Shown here piece by piece: positions 60,553 through 64,000 of a stretch of DNA of 64,000 nt. This DNA comes from Thermodesulfobacteriota bacterium (GTDB lineage Bacteria > Desulfobacterota_D > UBA1144 > Nemesobacterales > Mycalebacteriaceae), in assembly GCA_965226585.1 (NCBI GenBank), contig OZ245366.1, forward strand, positions 1,088,001-1,152,000, in the 5' to 3' direction. The position numbers were made by a program, and so were the translations under genes. The notes beneath the pieces are model-generated. The model searched no databases and was not told where the DNA came from. It was given only the letters and a program-made list of their open reading frames with translations. Positions within the stretch are counted from its first letter, which is position 1, and each line of letters starts with the position of its first letter.

Positions 60553-61779
60553 TTGAGTCTTACAGTTCAAAAATACGGCGGGACAAGCGTTTCAGACATC
60601 GCGTCCATCGGGCGCGTGGCGGAGAACATAGTCTCGCGGGCGAAGGCGGGAGGCGGAATAGTCGCGGTTGTGTCTGCGATGGCGGGCGAAACCGACCGCC
60701 TCACAAACCTTGCGCGGAAGGTTATGGACCCACCCGACAGGCGTGAGCTTGACGTTATCATCTCAAGCGGCGAGCAGGTGTCATCGGGGCTGTTGTGCAT
60801 GAGCATAAAATCTCTGGGGGTTGAAGCGGTTTCCTTTCAGGGGCATCAGGTTCGCGTTACAACCGACAACTCTTTTTCAGGGGCAAAGATAAAGAGCATT
60901 GACGACACAAAAATCAGAGAATCTCTCAGGCGCGGAATGGTGGTTGTTATCGCCGGGTTTCAAGGGGTTGACGATCAGGGCAACGTTACGACTCTCGGCA
61001 GGGGCGGCTCGGATTTGACTGCGGTTGCCATAGCGTCTGTTCTCGGCGCAGACAGTTGCGAACTGTATAAGGATGTGGACGGAATATTTTCCGCCGACCC
61101 GTCTTTGTGCAAAAACGCCTTAAAGCTGGATAAAATCTGCTACGAAGAGATGCTGGAAATGGCAAGCGCGGGCTCAAAAGTGCTTCAGGCAAGAGCCGTT
61201 GAGCACGCGAGCAAGTTCTCAATCCCCCTTCACGTGCGCCCTATAAGCGCGCCGGACAGAGAGGGAACCTGGGTTATGGAGGAAGAAGCAATGGAATCTA
61301 TGGAAGAAGCGATAATATCGGGCGTGAGCTCCGACAAAAATCAGGCAAAGCTCACAATCGCGCGCGTTCCCGACCAGCCGGGAGTGGCGGCAACAATATT
61401 TTCGGAACTGGCGCGGGAAGACATCTCGGTTGACATGATAGTTCAGAACATCAGCCATGAAGGATTCAATGACGTAACCTTCACGGTTCCGCGCGGGGAG
61501 TTCAAAAGGGCAACCGCGATAACGGGCAAACTGGCGGAAAAAATCGGCGCGGAGCATATGGAATCAGAGGAAAGCATTGCGAAAATCTCTCTGGTGGGCA
61601 TCGGAATGAAAAGCCATTCGGGGGTCGCTTCCAGAATGTTTGAAACGCTCGCGCGCGAGAAAATCAACATAATGATGATAGGCACTTCCGAGATAAAAAT
61701 ATCGTGTATAGTGCGCGAGACCGAGACCGAACTCGCCGTGCGCGCCCTTCACGATGAATTTTTCGGCGGAAAATCATGA
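60553..61779 (+). CDS. lysC: Aspartate kinase
   Basis: VQKYGGTSV, VVSAMAGETD, TTLGRGGSD, two ACT domains. Confidence 0.96.
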   Translation: MSLTVQKYGGTSVSDIASIGRVAENIVSRAKAGGGIVAVVSAMAGETDRLTNLARKVMDPPDRRELDVIISSGEQVSSGLLCMSIKSLGVEAVSFQGHQVRVTTDNSFSGAKIKSIDDTKIRESLRRGMVVVIAGFQGVDDQGNVTTLGRGGSDLTAVAIASVLGADSCELYKDVDGIFSADPSLCKNALKLDKICYEEMLEMASAGSKVLQARAVEHASKFSIPLHVRPISAPDREGTWVMEEEAMESMEEAIISGVSSDKNQAKLTIARVPDQPGVAATIFSELAREDISVDMIVQNISHEGFNDVTFTVPRGEFKRATAITGKLAEKIGAEHMESEESIAKISLVGIGMKSHSGVASRMFETLAREKINIMMIGTSEIKISCIVRETETELAVRALHDEFFGGKS

Positions 61780-63365
61780 GTGAAACTGTCGAAATCTACG
61801 ACGTAACCCTGAGAGACGGAACTCAGGGCGAAGACATATCTTTCTCGGTGGAGGAGAAACTCCGCATAACGCGGAAACTCGCAGACCTTGGAGTGAGTTA
61901 TGTTGAAGGCGGATGGCCCGGCTCCAACGACCGCGACCGCGAATACTTTGACCGCGCCCTTAAAGAGAATTTCGGAAAATTAAAAGTCAGCGCGTTTTCA
62001 AGCACTCGCCGTCCGGGAGTAAAGTGCGATGACGATGTGATTTTACAGACGCTTCTGAAAACCGGCGTCTCAACCGCCGCAATTGTGGGCAAGGGCTGGG
62101 ATTTCCACGTAACCGCCGTTCTTGAAACAACACTTGAGGAAAACCTCGCGATGATAAACGAATCGGTCAGGTATCTGAAAGAGAGGATAGACACCGTGTT
62201 TTTTGACGCGGAGCATTTTTTTGACGGATTCAAAACAAGCCCGGACTACACAATGGAAGTGGCGCGCTCCGCGCTTGACTCCGGGGCAGACGCCGTTGTT
62301 CTGTGCGACACAAACGGCGGCTCAATGCCGTGGGAGATTGAGAGCGCGGTGGCGGAAACAAGAAAGCGGCTCGGAGGAAACCCGCCGCTTGGAATTCACG
62401 CGCACAACGACACGGAGCAGGGAGTTGCCAACACCCTTTACGCCGTCAGGGGGGGAGTGCGGCAGGTTCAGGGAACTGTGAACGGATACGGGGAAAGATG
62501 CGGAAACGCCAACCTTTGCTCCATCATACCGAACCTGTCTCTGAAACTTGGCGTTGAGTGCATTGGCGAGGGAAAGATGGACAAACTGTACGAAGTTGCG
62601 CATTTCATAAACAACCTCGCGAACTTCAACCCGCTTAAGAAAAAAGCGTTTGTGGGCAAAAGCGCGTTCGCGCACAAGGGGGGAATTCACGCGAGCGCGG
62701 TGATGAAAAACTCAGACACCTACGAGCACATAAACCCCGAACTTGTGGGCAACCGCAGACGCGTTCTCGTGTCAGACCTTTCTGGCAGGGCGAACATAAT
62801 CTCAAAAGCCGCTGAAATGGGCATAAAGATAGAACCGGCAGACAAAAGGGTTCAGGCAATTCTGAAGGAGTTGAAAAATCTGGAGAACAAGGGATACGAA
62901 TTTGAGGGCGCGGACGCTTCCTTTGAACTTCTCGTGAGAAAACAGCTTGGTCTTTATGAAAAACGGTTTTTTGTGGAAGACATCAAAACATCGGTTGAGA
63001 GAAGAGGAAAAGACGGCGAGGCGGTGTCATCGGCTGAAGTGTCCGTAAAAGTGGACGGTACGGTTGAAAAATCTTCAGCGGTGGGCAACGGTCCCGTCAA
63101 CGCGCTTGACAACGCGCTCAGGCAGTCGCTTGAGGGGTTTTTTCCGTCAATACGCGAAGTGAGTTTGAAAGATTACAAAGTGCGAGTGGTATCATCGGCA
63201 AAGGGAACGGACTCCGTTGTGCGTGTTCTGGTGGAATCGGGCGACAGCAAATCGGTCTGGAACACTGTGGGCGTTTCTGAAAACATCGTTGAGGCGAGTT
63301 GGAGAGCGCTTACCGACAGCATTGACTACAAACTGCTGAAAGAAAAACTCGCGGAAAACGCCTGA
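61776..63365 (+). CDS. cimA: Citramalate synthase
   Basis: YDVTLRDGTQGE, EGGWPGSN, DAEHFFDG, HAHND, AFAHKGGIH. Confidence 0.9.
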   Translation: MSETVEIYDVTLRDGTQGEDISFSVEEKLRITRKLADLGVSYVEGGWPGSNDRDREYFDRALKENFGKLKVSAFSSTRRPGVKCDDDVILQTLLKTGVSTAAIVGKGWDFHVTAVLETTLEENLAMINESVRYLKERIDTVFFDAEHFFDGFKTSPDYTMEVARSALDSGADAVVLCDTNGGSMPWEIESAVAETRKRLGGNPPLGIHAHNDTEQGVANTLYAVRGGVRQVQGTVNGYGERCGNANLCSIIPNLSLKLGVECIGEGKMDKLYEVAHFINNLANFNPLKKKAFVGKSAFAHKGGIHASAVMKNSDTYEHINPELVGNRRRVLVSDLSGRANIISKAAEMGIKIEPADKRVQAILKELKNLENKGYEFEGADASFELLVRKQLGLYEKRFFVEDIKTSVERRGKDGEAVSSAEVSVKVDGTVEKSSAVGNGPVNALDNALRQSLEGFFPSIREVSLKDYKVRVVSSAKGTDSVVRVLVESGDSKSVWNTVGVSENIVEASWRALTDSIDYKLLKEKLAENA

Positions 63366-63377
63366 GTGTTTTCAGGG

Positions 63378-64000
63378 CTAACTGTTTTGCAGCAGGGCTT
63401 TTTGAAGCCGTTCCCATTCTTTCATATATTCGGCAAGATGAGACCGCCCTTTCGCGATCTCCTCTTCTATCATGTTCTTTACCAACTGCTGTTCTTTTAC
63501 GTAATCCCCTTTGTCAAAAAAGCCGCCGAAGTGGGCAAATCTCAGCCACAGCAGATAAGTCGTAAGGGCGTCAAACTCGTTGTATCTCACGATGTCGTCA
63601 ATTCTGCCTTCAAGCCACATGGGGGCAACCTCGTTGCCGCTAACGCCGCCCATCTTTCCGGGAACGCCGGACAGCCGCGCCAGTTCGTTAAGTGATGGCG
63701 TTGACCTGCCGCCGCCCACGATTTGCATCATATCCACGTTCCATTCGCTTGCGCTTGAGAAGTAGTCTGCGCCGTCCCATGGTTTGTCAGGTCTCCGGGC
63801 AAAATCGGGAATGGAAAGACCGTTCACAATCGCTCTCTGCACAAGGATTTTCAAATCCGCGCGGACGGAGTTATATCCAACCACCTGCGGTTTTTTCTCT
63901 CCCACGCCCCTGAGAAAAACGCCGACTATGTGAGACTCGCGCCTGTTTTCTTCGGACTGTTCACCGATGCTGGGAATTGAGTGCAGAGAGACGGAAGCGT
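63378..64000 (-). CDS. PolB-like 3'-5' exonuclease domain protein (5' end beyond window)
   Basis: VVGYNS..ADL, SLNELA...G.PGK, IVRYNEFDALTTY. Confidence 0.8.
   Translation of the reverse strand, partial: ASVSLHSIPSIGEQSEENRRESHIVGVFLRGVGEKKPQVVGYNSVRADLKILVQRAIVNGLSIPDFARRPDKPWDGADYFSSASEWNVDMMQIVGGGRSTPSLNELARLSGVPGKMGGVSGNEVAPMWLEGRIDDIVRYNEFDALTTYLLWLRFAHFGGFFDKGDYVKEQQLVKNMIEEEIAKGRSHLAEYMKEWERLQKALLQNS

Overview
A 64-kb bacterial chromosomal segment made up mostly of densely packed housekeeping genes (hisC/hisD, mqnC, efp, mutL, degP, aroK, carB, thiC, tsaD/tsaE, guaAB, proB, gyrA, coaD, cysS, lysC, cimA), five tRNAs and one 16S rRNA gene. The gene complement looks broadly deltaproteobacteria-like, possibly Ca. 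Dadabacteria, but that is an unverified impression that a 16S search would have to settle. Four things stand out. (1) The 16S gene (minus strand) has no 23S behind it. About 11 kb of toxin-antitoxin, defence-like and surface genes separate it from the tRNA-Ile(GAT)/tRNA-Ala(TGC) pair that normally lies in the 16S-23S spacer. (2) The cassette nearest the 16S gene (Fic-MerR plus SIR2-like) is bracketed by an exact 39-bp direct repeat that is the 3' arm of the 16S processing stem, which suggests cassette insertion at the rRNA trailer. (3) A RavA/MoxR-type AAA+ gene and a VWA gene are joined across an A10 run by a -1 frame change followed by an open acidic linker, the layout described for frameshifted chlD genes; a sequencing error is not excluded. 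(4) A 100-nt nested hairpin whose mismatches are all G-U on one strand lies in a small islet downstream of guaA. All calls come from motif recognition by eye; no database search was run.
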